Positions 20,538 through 29,821 of a DNA stretch of 36,604 nucleotides are shown here, piece by piece (positions within the stretch are counted from its first letter, which is position 1; each line of letters begins with the position of its first letter). Made by a program: the position numbers and the translations under genes. The stretch is from Clostridium sp. GTDB lineage: Bacteria; Bacillota; Clostridia; Clostridiales; Clostridiaceae. The stretch is from assembly GCA_038040705.1 (NCBI GenBank), contig JANZQE010000188.1:1-36604 (forward strand), written 5' to 3'. The notes under the pieces are model-generated. The model was not told where the DNA came from. It made no database searches and worked only from the letters and a program-made list of their open reading frames with translations.

Positions 20538-21047
20538 GTGGATATTATGGTAATAGATGTTTCGGAAATATTTGGTAATAAAAACAGAAGGAAAGAAATT
20601 CATTTAGACTTTGAAAAAGATAAGTTTTGGTTTGATAATGAATTTATACAATTCTCTAAACCAGTTGTACTACATTTGATTTTTAACCCTATTGATCATG
20701 ATTTGGAGTTAACTGGAAGTATTCAGACAGAGCTATTACTTGCTTGTTCTAGGTGTCTTGAGACCTTTTCACATTCAATAAACATTGAATTCAATGAAAG
20801 ATTGTCGAAAACTCTACATAGCGAAGATGAGGATATTATTTTTATTAAAGATGATAGATTAGATTTAAATGAGGTTGTAGAAAATAATATCATTTCAATG
20901 TTGCCTATAAAAAGACATTGTAATAAAGATTGTAAAGGATTATGCCATCAGTGTGGAATTAATTTAAATCAAAATACATGCAAATGTGAAATTGATGATA
21001 TTGACCCAAGGTTGGCAAAGTTAAAAAATTTGTTTTCAACTGATTAA
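20538..21047 (+). CDS. DUF177/YceD family protein (start may be ATG 20547)
   Basis: CSRCL, C...CKGLCHQCG.NLN...C.C and DPRLAKL motifs; upstream of rpmF. Confidence 0.92.
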   Translation: MDIMVIDVSEIFGNKNRRKEIHLDFEKDKFWFDNEFIQFSKPVVLHLIFNPIDHDLELTGSIQTELLLACSRCLETFSHSINIEFNERLSKTLHSEDEDIIFIKDDRLDLNEVVENNIISMLPIKRHCNKDCKGLCHQCGINLNQNTCKCEIDDIDPRLAKLKNLFSTD

Positions 21048-21059
21048 GGAGGTGTTACA

Positions 21060-21245
21060 ATGGGAAATCCAGCTAGAAAATTTTCTAAAGGTAGAAGAGA
21101 TTCTCGAAGAGCGCAAACATTTAAACTTGGTTTACCAGGAATAGTAGAGTGTCCTCAGTGTCACGATATGAAACTTGCTCACAGAGTATGTAAAAACTGT
21201 GGATATTACAAAAATAGAGAAGTTATTGCAATGGAAGCAAAATAA
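21060..21245 (+). CDS. rpmF: 50S ribosomal protein L32 (zinc-ribbon type)
   Basis: SKGRRDSRR, CPQC and HRVCKNCGYY motifs; AAGGAGGTG RBS. Confidence 0.97.
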   Translation: MGNPARKFSKGRRDSRRAQTFKLGLPGIVECPQCHDMKLAHRVCKNCGYYKNREVIAMEAK

Positions 21246-21277
21246 AAAGAAAGTCGAAAGACTTTCTTTTTATTTTT
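21241..21277 (+). terminator. Intrinsic terminator after rpmF
   Basis: AATAAAAAGAAAGTC-gaaa-GACTTTCTTTTTATT. Confidence 0.85.
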
Positions 21278-21392
21278 CGAGTAAATTATATTCAATTCGA
21301 TATTAATAATACTAGGAATACTTGCACAATATAGTATATAATATAAATAAATATATAATATTTATATGGCAAATTCAAAGTGAGGGTATAAA

Positions 21393-22406
21393 ATGGTTGT
21401 TGTTGTAGATGGAATGGGTGGAGATTTTTCTCCGAATGCGGTGGTTTGTGGTTGCGCTGCAGCTGTTAAAGAATATGATATAGATATCCTAATAACTGGT
21501 CCTTATGATTTGATTAAAGAGGAGTTAGATAAATATACCTATGATCCTACTAAAATAAAAATTATTGATGCTAAAGAAGTTATTAGTACAAGTGAACATC
21601 CGGTAATGGCTATTAAACGGAAAAAAGATTCTAGCCTAGTAAAAGCCTTGAATCTTGTAAAAAGTGGAGAAGCAGATGCTGTTATATCTGCTGGAAGTTC
21701 TGGTGCTTTTTTAGCAGGATGCACTCTTATAGTAGGAAGAATAAAAGGAATAGATAGACCAGCTTTAGCACCTGTAATGCCTGGGAAAAACGGACCTTTT
21801 ATGATAATTGACTGTGGAGCTAATGCAGAGTGTAAACCACATTATTTAGTTCAATTTGGACTTATGGGTAAAACCTATTTTGAAAATATTCTAAAAATAA
21901 ATAACCCATCTGTAGGCCTTGTGAATATAGGAACCGAAGAAGAGAAGGGTAATGAGCTTTCCAAATCAGCTCATAAACTACTAAAGGTAGCAAATTTAAA
22001 TTTCGTTGGCAATGTGGAAGCTAGAGAAATTCCAACGGGGGATATTAATGTGATTGTTTGCGATGGTTTTGTAGGAAATGTAATTTTAAAACTTTATGAA
22101 GGTGCAGTTGCTAATATATTTGATATATTAAAGACGGGCATAATGAGCTCCTTTAGAACTAAGCTTGGGGGAATGCTACTAAAACCAGTATTCAAAAAGT
22201 TTAAGAAAGATTTTGATTATAAAGAATATGGTGGAGCAGCTTTTTTAGGAGTAAATGGAATTTGTATAAAAGCTCATGGGAGTTCAGATGCTAAAGCTTT
22301 TAAAAATGCCATAAAACAAGCTACAATATTTTATGATAATAAGGTTGTAGATAAATTGAAAGTAGAAATAGAAAAGCTATCTCTGCAGGAAAAAGCTGAT
22401 AGTTAA
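21393..22406 (+). CDS. plsX: Phosphate acyltransferase PlsX
   Basis: DGMGGD, DRPAL, DCGAN, CDGFVGN and KAHGSS motifs. Confidence 0.96.
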   Translation: MVVVVDGMGGDFSPNAVVCGCAAAVKEYDIDILITGPYDLIKEELDKYTYDPTKIKIIDAKEVISTSEHPVMAIKRKKDSSLVKALNLVKSGEADAVISAGSSGAFLAGCTLIVGRIKGIDRPALAPVMPGKNGPFMIIDCGANAECKPHYLVQFGLMGKTYFENILKINNPSVGLVNIGTEEEKGNELSKSAHKLLKVANLNFVGNVEAREIPTGDINVIVCDGFVGNVILKLYEGAVANIFDILKTGIMSSFRTKLGGMLLKPVFKKFKKDFDYKEYGGAAFLGVNGICIKAHGSSDAKAFKNAIKQATIFYDNKVVDKLKVEIEKLSLQEKADS

Positions 22407-22442
22407 TAAGATAATAAAACAATAAAAGGAGGTGAAGATATT

Positions 22443-22673
22443 ATGTTTGAAAAAATTAGAACCACTATAGCATCACAGCTAAGTATAGATGAAGAAGAAA
22501 TAAAAATGGAATCATCTTTTATGAATAATTTAGGCGCGGATTCCCTTGATATTGTAGAACTTATAATGGCGCTTGAAGAAGAGTACGATATAGAAATTCC
22601 TGATGAAGATGTTGAGAAAATTTCAACTGTGGGCGATGTAGTAGAATATATCAAAGGCCATTCTGAAGAATAA
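22443..22673 (+). CDS. acpP: Acyl carrier protein
   Basis: [11 protein letters not shown] motif; acidic, 76 aa. Confidence 0.97.
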   Translation: MFEKIRTTIASQLSIDEEEIKMESSFMNNLGADSLDIVELIMALEEEYDIEIPDEDVEKISTVGDVVEYIKGHSEE

Positions 22674-22676
22674 TAC

Positions 22677-22710
22677 AAGGTCCCGCATTACTGCGGGCCT
22701 TTAACTTTTT
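22677..22710 (+). terminator. Hairpin/terminator after acpP
   Basis: AAGG(T)CCCGCA-ttac-TGCGGGCCTT followed by a T-rich tract. Confidence 0.75.
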
Positions 22711-22795
22711 GGAGTTTATTTTTGAATTTACTACTGTTTTGAAAAGTAAGTTGAATAATAAACTTGAATAATTTTTATTAAAAGGAGCAATTATT

Positions 22796-23497
22796 ATGAA
22801 AAGTAATATAAACTTACAACAACTAGAGGAAAAACTGGGATTGAATTTTAGTGATAAGGAGCTATTAAAAGTGGCAATAACTCATAGCTCCTATGCGAAT
22901 CAAAAAAGAGTGGTCGAGTTCAACGAAAGACTTGAATTTTTGGGAGACTCTGTATTGCAACTTATAATATCCGAATACTTATACTGTCATTTTACTGAAA
23001 AGCCTGAAGGATATCTAAGTAAAATTAGGTCTCTAATTGTTTGTGAAAATTCATTGTGTGACATCGGAAATGGATGGGAACTTGGAATGTATATGAACAT
23101 GAGTAAAGGTGAAGAAATTACTGGAGGTAGAAATAGAGTTTCTATATTGGCAGATTGTGTAGAAGCAATAATAGCTGCTATATATTTGGACAAAGGAATT
23201 GAATATTCTAAGACCTTTATACTTAATAATTTCAGCGGTACAATTGAGAAAGCTGTTAGCAATGAGGTTATTTTGGATTATAAGACTAAGATTCAAGAAA
23301 TATTACAGCAAAATGGAGAATTGGATATTAGCTACGAACTTGTGAAATTTGAAGGACCGCCACACAAAAGAAAGTTTTTCGTGGATTTAATAATAGACCA
23401 ATGTGTAAAAGGTTCAGGGCAAGGATATAGTAAAAAAGAAGCAGAACAGAATGCAGCTAAGGAAGCTGTTTCGAGGCAGGGTGGGTTACATGAGTAA
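22796..23497 (+). CDS. rnc: Ribonuclease III
   Basis: NERLEFLGD signature and C-terminal dsRBD (SKKEAEQNAA). Confidence 0.97.
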   Translation: MKSNINLQQLEEKLGLNFSDKELLKVAITHSSYANQKRVVEFNERLEFLGDSVLQLIISEYLYCHFTEKPEGYLSKIRSLIVCENSLCDIGNGWELGMYMNMSKGEEITGGRNRVSILADCVEAIIAAIYLDKGIEYSKTFILNNFSGTIEKAVSNEVILDYKTKIQEILQQNGELDISYELVKFEGPPHKRKFFVDLIIDQCVKGSGQGYSKKEAEQNAAKEAVSRQGGLHE

Positions 23498-24590
23498 TTT
23501 GCATTATATTATTCCTATTTTTGTTCCACATGAAGGATGTCCACATGAATGTGTATTCTGTAATCAAAATAGCATAACGGGCACGAAAGAAAAAGTTGAT
23601 GCAATGTATGTTGAGAACACAATAAATGAATATTTAAAAACAATAAAAAGTAATGATGCCGTTATTGAGGTGTCATTTTTTGGAGGAACATTTACAGCTA
23701 TAAAAATGGAAAAGCAAATAGAACTTTTAACTGTTGCTAAGAAGTTCAAAGAGAATAATAAAATAAAATTCATAAGATTATCTACAAGACCGGATTATAT
23801 TGATGATAATATATTATTAAATCTTAAAAAATACTCTGTAGATATTATAGAACTTGGAGTTCAATCGTTGGATGCACAGGTGTTATTAAAATCTAGCAGA
23901 GGGCATACTTCCCTAGATGTAAAACATGCATCAAAACTCATTAAGAAGTATGGGTTTACTTTAGGGCTACAAATTATGATAGGTCTACCAGGAGACAATA
24001 TAAACAAGGATATAGACACAGCTAGAGGCGTTATTGCTCTTAAACCAGATAATTGTCGAATTTACCCTGCTCTTGTAATTAAAGATACACCAATGGAAAG
24101 CATGTATAAAAAAGGGAGTTTTGTTCCGTATTCATTAAGTGAAGCGGTAAATATAAGTAAGATCATTTACATTATGATGATTGCAAACAGTGTAAATGTA
24201 ATTAGAATTGGATTACAACCCACTGCAGAAATTTCTGAAGGTAATGACCTAGTTTCCGGACCATTTCATCCTGCGTTTAGAGAGCTTGTTGAGAGTAGTA
24301 TATATAATGATTTGTTATACTATGTAATTTCGAAGAATATCAAAAATAACACTGCCCGCACTACCACAGATAAGGTCTTAGTAAAAATCAATCCCAAAGA
24401 TGTCTCTAAACTTTACGCTAATGGCAAAAGCTTTTTTAATGACATGAAAAAACTAATAAATACAATTTGCATAGAGGTATCACAAGATAATTCTATACAA
24501 CTGGGAAGCATTGGCGTATGCATAGGAAGTGAATGTATTATTATGACTATATATGAATATGCGTGCATGAAGTATAGTGAAGGATTTTAA
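23490..24590 (+). CDS. Elp3-like radical SAM protein of unknown function
   Basis: CPHECVFC (CxxxCxxC), FFGGTF, STRPD, ELGVQS and GPFHP motifs; ATG overlaps the end of rnc by 8 nt. Confidence 0.88.
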   Translation: MSNLHYIIPIFVPHEGCPHECVFCNQNSITGTKEKVDAMYVENTINEYLKTIKSNDAVIEVSFFGGTFTAIKMEKQIELLTVAKKFKENNKIKFIRLSTRPDYIDDNILLNLKKYSVDIIELGVQSLDAQVLLKSSRGHTSLDVKHASKLIKKYGFTLGLQIMIGLPGDNINKDIDTARGVIALKPDNCRIYPALVIKDTPMESMYKKGSFVPYSLSEAVNISKIIYIMMIANSVNVIRIGLQPTAEISEGNDLVSGPFHPAFRELVESSIYNDLLYYVISKNIKNNTARTTTDKVLVKINPKDVSKLYANGKSFFNDMKKLINTICIEVSQDNSIQLGSIGVCIGSECIIMTIYEYACMKYSEGF

Positions 24591-24597
24591 CTTATCG

Positions 24598-24627
24598 TAG
24601 AAAAACCGTGTACACGCGGTTTTTCTA
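24598..24627 (+). terminator. Intrinsic terminator after the radical SAM gene
   Basis: TAGAAAAACCGTG-taca-CGCGGTTTTTCTA. Confidence 0.85.
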
Positions 24628-24665
24628 ATTTAAATGCACTAATTTATGTGTATGAACACTAACAA

Positions 24666-24694
24666 TTGATATTTTCATGAAAATGCACTAAAAT
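24666..24694 (+). promoter_or_regulatory. Sigma-A promoter of the small ORF-smc-ftsY unit, with an internal palindrome
   Basis: TTGATA-N17-TAAAAT; perfect palindrome ATTTTCATGAAAAT at 24671-24684. Confidence 0.65.
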
Positions 24695-24730
24695 AGAGAG
24701 TAGAATAAAATTCAAAATATGAGGTGAATT

Positions 24731-24829
24731 ATGAGTAAGAAAAAAAGAGAGAAAAACCAAAAAATATTGATTTATGGCATAGTCGCAATTTTTATATTAG
24801 GCTTTGTATTGCCAATGTTGGTTAGGTAA
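24731..24829 (+). CDS. 32-aa single-pass membrane peptide
   Basis: GAGGTG RBS at 24721; MSKKKREKNQKILIYGIVAIFILGFVLPMLVR*; ends 17 nt before smc. Confidence 0.8.
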   Translation: MSKKKREKNQKILIYGIVAIFILGFVLPMLVR

Positions 24830-24846
24830 AATAGGAGAGTGTTTCC

Positions 24847-27800
24847 ATGTTCTTAAAATCTATTGAAATTAGAGGATTTAAATCCTTTGCAGATAAAACA
24901 GAATTAACATTCAAGAAGGGCATTACGGCAGTAGTAGGCCCTAATGGTAGTGGAAAAAGCAATATATCTGATGCTGTTAAATGGGTCCTCGGAGAACAGA
25001 GTGTAAAAAATCTACGGGGAGATAAAATGGAGGACGTGATATTCGCAGGCACACAGTTTAGAAAACCGGTTAGCCTTGCACAGGTTTCCCTTACTTTAGA
25101 TAATAGTGATTGTGAACTTGATATCGATTATTCTAATGTCACCATATCCAGAAGATTATATCGCTCTGGGGAAAGTGAATATTTAATAAATAATACGTCT
25201 TGTAGATTAAAAGATGTTCATCAGCTTTTTATGGATACGGGTATTGGAAAAGAAGGATACTCAATTATTGGTCAAGGTAAAATTGATGCAATTTTAAGTG
25301 GGAAAACTGATGATAGAAGAAAATTATTTGAAGAGGCTGCAGGGATTGTAAAATTTAAGACAAGAAAAGAAGAAGCACAAAAGAGATTGGATAGTACAGA
25401 GCAAAATATGGTTAGAATAAACGATATTTTAAGTACCTATGAAGAAAGATTAGAACCGTTAATGAAAGAAAGTGAAAAGGCAAAGAAATTTTTAAAGTTC
25501 TTTGAAGAGTTAAAAAGCAAAGAAGTTAGTATGATTATTGATTTTATAAATAAAGTTGAAGAAAAAATGAAAATTTTACAGGGTCAATGTGCTAAATTAA
25601 ATGATGAAGTTATAAATTTTACAGATGAAAAAAATAGAGTAAGAAGCGCTAGTGAATACTGGAAGGACGAATTTGAAAAATTCGAAACTAAAAATCAGGA
25701 AGAAAAACAGGCATATTATAATAGTAAGCTTGTTTACCAAAATAATACTTCCGAAATAAATATTCAAAATGAGAGAATGCAAAATTTAGATAAAATCATC
25801 TATAAAACTTCAAATGAAAGTGATGACATTCATAAAAAGCTTCAGGTTGTTAAATGCAATTTGGGCGAACTCGAAGAGTCTTCTAATAGTATAAAAGATA
25901 CTCAAGTAGAAATACAAGAAAAAATTGGTTCTGAAGAGATGAAAATTCTAAACATTCAAGAAAACATAAAAGTCCAAAGTGATGAAGCTATAAATCTAAA
26001 AGAAGAAGAGCAATTTATAATTGGTAAAAATATGGAAATTAGCAATAAGTTATTAATTTTAAACAACAACATAGAAAGCGCCCAAAAAAGATTAGTTTTT
26101 TTAGTGAATACCATTGAGAATATTGGTGGGGAAGTAAAGATAAATACTAGTACAAAAATAAATTATCAAAACCAAGTGGAACAAGTCAAAAGCAAAATTG
26201 TGGATTGTGAATTAGTGATTAATAAAAACAAGCAAAATAACAGTAAACTTCAAACCATTTTAGATAACGATGAAAGGGTCATGAAAAACTGTAATATTAA
26301 AATGAGTAAAACAGAAGCTAATTTTAATGTGCTGACAAGTCTAGAAAAAAAATTTGAAGGCTATAACAAGTCGGTGAAAAATTTAATGGAGCATATAGAT
26401 GCTTGTAAGGTAGGGAGTATTTCTGAATGTTTTATACTTGGAGAGGTTATAAAGGTCGAAAAAAGATTAGAGGTAGCAATAGAAATAGCCTTGGGTGGTT
26501 CTATATCACACATAATAACAAAAGATGAAATTGTAGCAAAAACATTAATCAATTATTTGAAGGCACATAGTTTAGGAAGAGCAACATTTCTGCCTTTAAA
26601 TATTATTAGAGGTAAAAAACTTAATATTTCAAATGAAACAATAAATCATATTGGTTTTATTGGAATTGCAAGTGACCTTATAGCTTATGATGAGAAATTT
26701 AATGAGGTAATGATATCTATTTTAGGAAGGACAATTATATGTAGTGATATGGATTCAGCCTTGCAAATATCTAAAAACAATAATTTTAGATATAAAATTG
26801 TAACAATATCAGGGGAAGTGATAAACCAAGGTGGGTCATTAACTGGTGGAAGCATATATTCAAAGACATCTAGTATTATTGGTAGGAAAAGGGAAATACA
26901 GCAGTTGGCTGTGGATTTAGAAGTATTAAAAAATGAATCTATTGTCTACACACAGAAAATAAAACAATGTAGAGCTGAAATCTTAAAATTAGATGAAGAA
27001 AACGTAAATACAAAGGATGAGGTTCATTTACAAAGCATTGAAAAAACAAAGCTAGAAGCTAAAATAAATTCTGTGCAAGATGAAACTAACAGGCTTAAAA
27101 AAAATCTTATGGATTTAGAGTCTGAAAAAATGTCAGAAGAGAGTAAGATTTATAGAGACAATAGCGAAATTAGCGAAAACAATTCCTCTGCTCTTAGATT
27201 AACAGAGGAGGGTGAAGAAATTCACAAAAGGCTTATGGCGGACAACGCTATATTAAAAGATAAATTACAAGAAATCGAGAATATAAAGGTACTTATTAAC
27301 GATGCTAAGGTGAAAAAAGCAGTGATTGACGAAGCAATGCAGAATAAGCGTTCTGAAATCCAAAGGCTTAACGGAGAAATATTAGTACACAATGGAGCAT
27401 TAACTACCTTTTCAAGAGAAATACAAGAAGCTTTGGAAAATAAGAATAGTAGCGAAAAAGAAATAAAAAGTGCAGATGAAAAAGTAAAAGAAATAATTAG
27501 TAAATTAGAAAAAATGGAGAAAAACTTCGAAGACAATGAAATACAGAAAATTAAAATTAAAGAGAAAATGAAAATAAATGTAGATAAGTTAGAGGATACT
27601 GCGCTAATGCTAGAAAAAACTGAGAAAGATTTATATAAAGGTGAACTAGCGCTTGCAAAAGTTGAAATGGAAAAAGGTGTTAATTATACAAAGCTTAATG
27701 ATGATTTTGATCTAACATATGCAGAAGCACTTAAATTTAAAATTGAAATTGTCGACGCGAGTTGTATAAAAAAGGAAATAGCGTTATTAAAAGCAGATAT

Positions 27801-28401
27801 ATCAATGCTTGGTGAAGTTTATGTAGGTGCCATTGAAGAGTATAAAGAAGTCAAAGATAAATTCACTTTTATGGATAGTCAAAAGGAAGATTTGATATTG
27901 GCTAAAAATGAATTATTGACAGTGATATGCGAAATGACTGAAAAGATGAAAAAAATCTTTGCAGAAAATTTTATCATATTAAGACAAAACTTCAACGAAA
28001 CCTTCGTGGAATTATTTAATGGTGGAAGTGCAGATTTAATACTTACAGAAGGCGATGAACTTACAGCCAAAATCGATATTAATGTTCAACCGCCAGGTAA
28101 AAAACTCCAGAACTTAAGTCTAATGTCTGGTGGAGAAAAAGTTCTATCTGCAATTGCATTATTATTTGCTATTTTAAAGATGAAGCCAACACCCTTTTGT
28201 ATTTTAGATGAAATCGAAGCGGCCCTTGACGATGCTAACGTAATTAGATATGCTGAATTTTTAAAAAAATTCTCGGACAGCGTTCAATTCATTATAATAA
28301 CTCATAGGAAAGGAACAATGGAAGCTGGAGATGTACTGTACGGTGTTACGATGGAAGAAAAAGGAGTGTCGAAAATAGTGTCTGTTGATTTTAATAGGTA
28401 A
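24847..28401 (+). CDS. smc: Chromosome segregation protein SMC
   Basis: Walker A GPNGSGKSN, coiled coils, hinge GRATFLPL, signature SGGEK and Walker B LDEIEAALD. Confidence 0.97.
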   Translation: MFLKSIEIRGFKSFADKTELTFKKGITAVVGPNGSGKSNISDAVKWVLGEQSVKNLRGDKMEDVIFAGTQFRKPVSLAQVSLTLDNSDCELDIDYSNVTISRRLYRSGESEYLINNTSCRLKDVHQLFMDTGIGKEGYSIIGQGKIDAILSGKTDDRRKLFEEAAGIVKFKTRKEEAQKRLDSTEQNMVRINDILSTYEERLEPLMKESEKAKKFLKFFEELKSKEVSMIIDFINKVEEKMKILQGQCAKLNDEVINFTDEKNRVRSASEYWKDEFEKFETKNQEEKQAYYNSKLVYQNNTSEINIQNERMQNLDKIIYKTSNESDDIHKKLQVVKCNLGELEESSNSIKDTQVEIQEKIGSEEMKILNIQENIKVQSDEAINLKEEEQFIIGKNMEISNKLLILNNNIESAQKRLVFLVNTIENIGGEVKINTSTKINYQNQVEQVKSKIVDCELVINKNKQNNSKLQTILDNDERVMKNCNIKMSKTEANFNVLTSLEKKFEGYNKSVKNLMEHIDACKVGSISECFILGEVIKVEKRLEVAIEIALGGSISHIITKDEIVAKTLINYLKAHSLGRATFLPLNIIRGKKLNISNETINHIGFIGIASDLIAYDEKFNEVMISILGRTIICSDMDSALQISKNNNFRYKIVTISGEVINQGGSLTGGSIYSKTSSIIGRKREIQQLAVDLEVLKNESIVYTQKIKQCRAEILKLDEENVNTKDEVHLQSIEKTKLEAKINSVQDETNRLKKNLMDLESEKMSEESKIYRDNSEISENNSSALRLTEEGEEIHKRLMADNAILKDKLQEIENIKVLINDAKVKKAVIDEAMQNKRSEIQRLNGEILVHNGALTTFSREIQEALENKNSSEKEIKSADEKVKEIISKLEKMEKNFEDNEIQKIKIKEKMKINVDKLEDTALMLEKTEKDLYKGELALAKVEMEKGVNYTKLNDDFDLTYAEALKFKIEIVDASCIKKEIALLKADISMLGEVYVGAIEEYKEVKDKFTFMDSQKEDLILAKNELLTVICEMTEKMKKIFAENFIILRQNFNETFVELFNGGSADLILTEGDELTAKIDINVQPPGKKLQNLSLMSGGEKVLSAIALLFAILKMKPTPFCILDEIEAALDDANVIRYAEFLKKFSDSVQFIIITHRKGTMEAGDVLYGVTMEEKGVSKIVSVDFNR

Positions 28402-28443
28402 AGGCAATGTTTTCTGGCAACAAAAAAAATTGGAGGCTTTAGA

Positions 28444-29355
28444 ATGTTTGGTGGATTTTTCGACAAATTAAAAGACGGACTAGCAAAAACTAGAAATAGT
28501 ATAAGTGAAAAAGTTAGTGAAGTATTAAAATTGGCCCTTACAATTAATGAAGATTTATATGAGGAATTAGAGGAGATATTAATTACTGCAGATATAGGGG
28601 TAGAGACTTCTATTTATATTATTGAAAAACTTAAAAAAAAGGTGAAGGATGATAAAATAAAGGAACCTTCAGAAATCATGCCTTGTTTAAGAGAAGTTAT
28701 AATTGCTATATTAGTTGAAGATGAAGCGGAAGTAAAACCTATACAGATTCCAAAGGTCTTACTCGTAATTGGTGTTAACGGCGTTGGGAAAACTACTTGT
28801 ATTGGTAAAATCGCAGCAAAGCTAAAAAATGAAAAATATAAAGTGCTAATTGCAGCAGCAGATACTTTTAGAGCCGCGGCCATTGACCAATTAGAGGTTT
28901 GGTGCAATAGAGCAGGTGTGGAACTCGTAAAACAGCAAGAGGGATCGGATCCTGCTGCTGTGGTTTTTGATGCTGTTCAAGCAGCCCAAGCAAGAAAAAT
29001 TGATGTTCTAATTTGTGATACGGCAGGTAGACTTCACAATAAAAAAAATCTCATGGATGAACTGGCAAAAATAAATAGAGTAATAAAAAGGGAGTACAGT
29101 GAGGCTCATATGGAAACTCTCTTAGTACTTGACGCTACAACAGGTCAAAATGGTGTGCAACAAGCAAAGCAATTTATGGAGGCATGCGCCGTAGATGGTA
29201 TAATACTAACTAAATTAGATGGAACCGCCAAAGGTGGAATTGTAATATCTATAAAAAAACAACTGCATATACCTGTTGTGTATATAGGTGTTGGTGAAGG
29301 TATAGATGATTTACAAGAATTTGATGCACGGGACTTTGTAGAAGCACTATTTTAA
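28444..29355 (+). CDS. ftsY: SRP receptor FtsY
   Basis: GVNGVGKTT, DTFRAAA, DTAGR and TKLDGTAKGG motifs. Confidence 0.97.
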   Translation: MFGGFFDKLKDGLAKTRNSISEKVSEVLKLALTINEDLYEELEEILITADIGVETSIYIIEKLKKKVKDDKIKEPSEIMPCLREVIIAILVEDEAEVKPIQIPKVLLVIGVNGVGKTTCIGKIAAKLKNEKYKVLIAAADTFRAAAIDQLEVWCNRAGVELVKQQEGSDPAAVVFDAVQAAQARKIDVLICDTAGRLHNKKNLMDELAKINRVIKREYSEAHMETLLVLDATTGQNGVQQAKQFMEACAVDGIILTKLDGTAKGGIVISIKKQLHIPVVYIGVGEGIDDLQEFDARDFVEALF

Positions 29356-29394
29356 AATACAAAGCAAAATATCGATTATATAAAAAATATAAGC

Positions 29395-29439
29395 TGTTAA
29401 GTAAAATTCCTTGACACCGCATATAAACTCTGATATTAT
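29395..29439 (+). promoter_or_regulatory. Sigma-A promoter of ylxM-ffh with a dyad over the -35
   Basis: TTGACA(29411)-N17-TATTAT with TG; dyad TGTTAAG-N8-CTTGACA. Confidence 0.75.
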
Positions 29440-29463
29440 ATTACTTGTGAGTAGGGTGATGAA

Positions 29464-29811
29464 ATGGAAAAAAGATTTGAAATTTCTTTATTATTTGATT
29501 TCTATAGTGAATTACTTACTGAAAAGCAAAAGGATATAATGGATTTGTATTTTAATAATGATTTATCATTATCAGAGATAGCAGAAATTAATAAGACAAG
29601 TAGGCAAGCTATTCATGATACTATTAAAACATGTGAAAAGTTACTTTTAGTATATGAGCAAAAATTAAAATTATCAAGTAAAGACCATAAACTGAAAGAA
29701 ATATCTGAGAACATTATATCAGAATTAGATAAATTACAGATTAATATAAAAGATGACAAAATGAATCAGATTATATATGATATAAAAAACCAAATAATTG
29801 AGAACATTTAG
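29464..29811 (+). CDS. ylxM: YlxM/UPF0122 HTH protein
   Basis: LFDFYSELLTEKQ, DLSLSEIA and SRQA motifs; upstream of ffh. Confidence 0.93.
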   Translation: MEKRFEISLLFDFYSELLTEKQKDIMDLYFNNDLSLSEIAEINKTSRQAIHDTIKTCEKLLLVYEQKLKLSSKDHKLKEISENIISELDKLQINIKDDKMNQIIYDIKNQIIENI

Positions 29812-29821
29812 GAGGTTTATT

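Noticed and set aside
21278-21392. Possible FapR operator upstream of plsX
   Set aside because: No good match to the FapR palindrome and no fapR gene in the locus.
24847-28401. SMC gene as a possible Wadjet-type defence system
   Set aside because: It is a canonical hinge-containing SMC in the standard rnc-smc-ftsY context, with no jet/mks partners.
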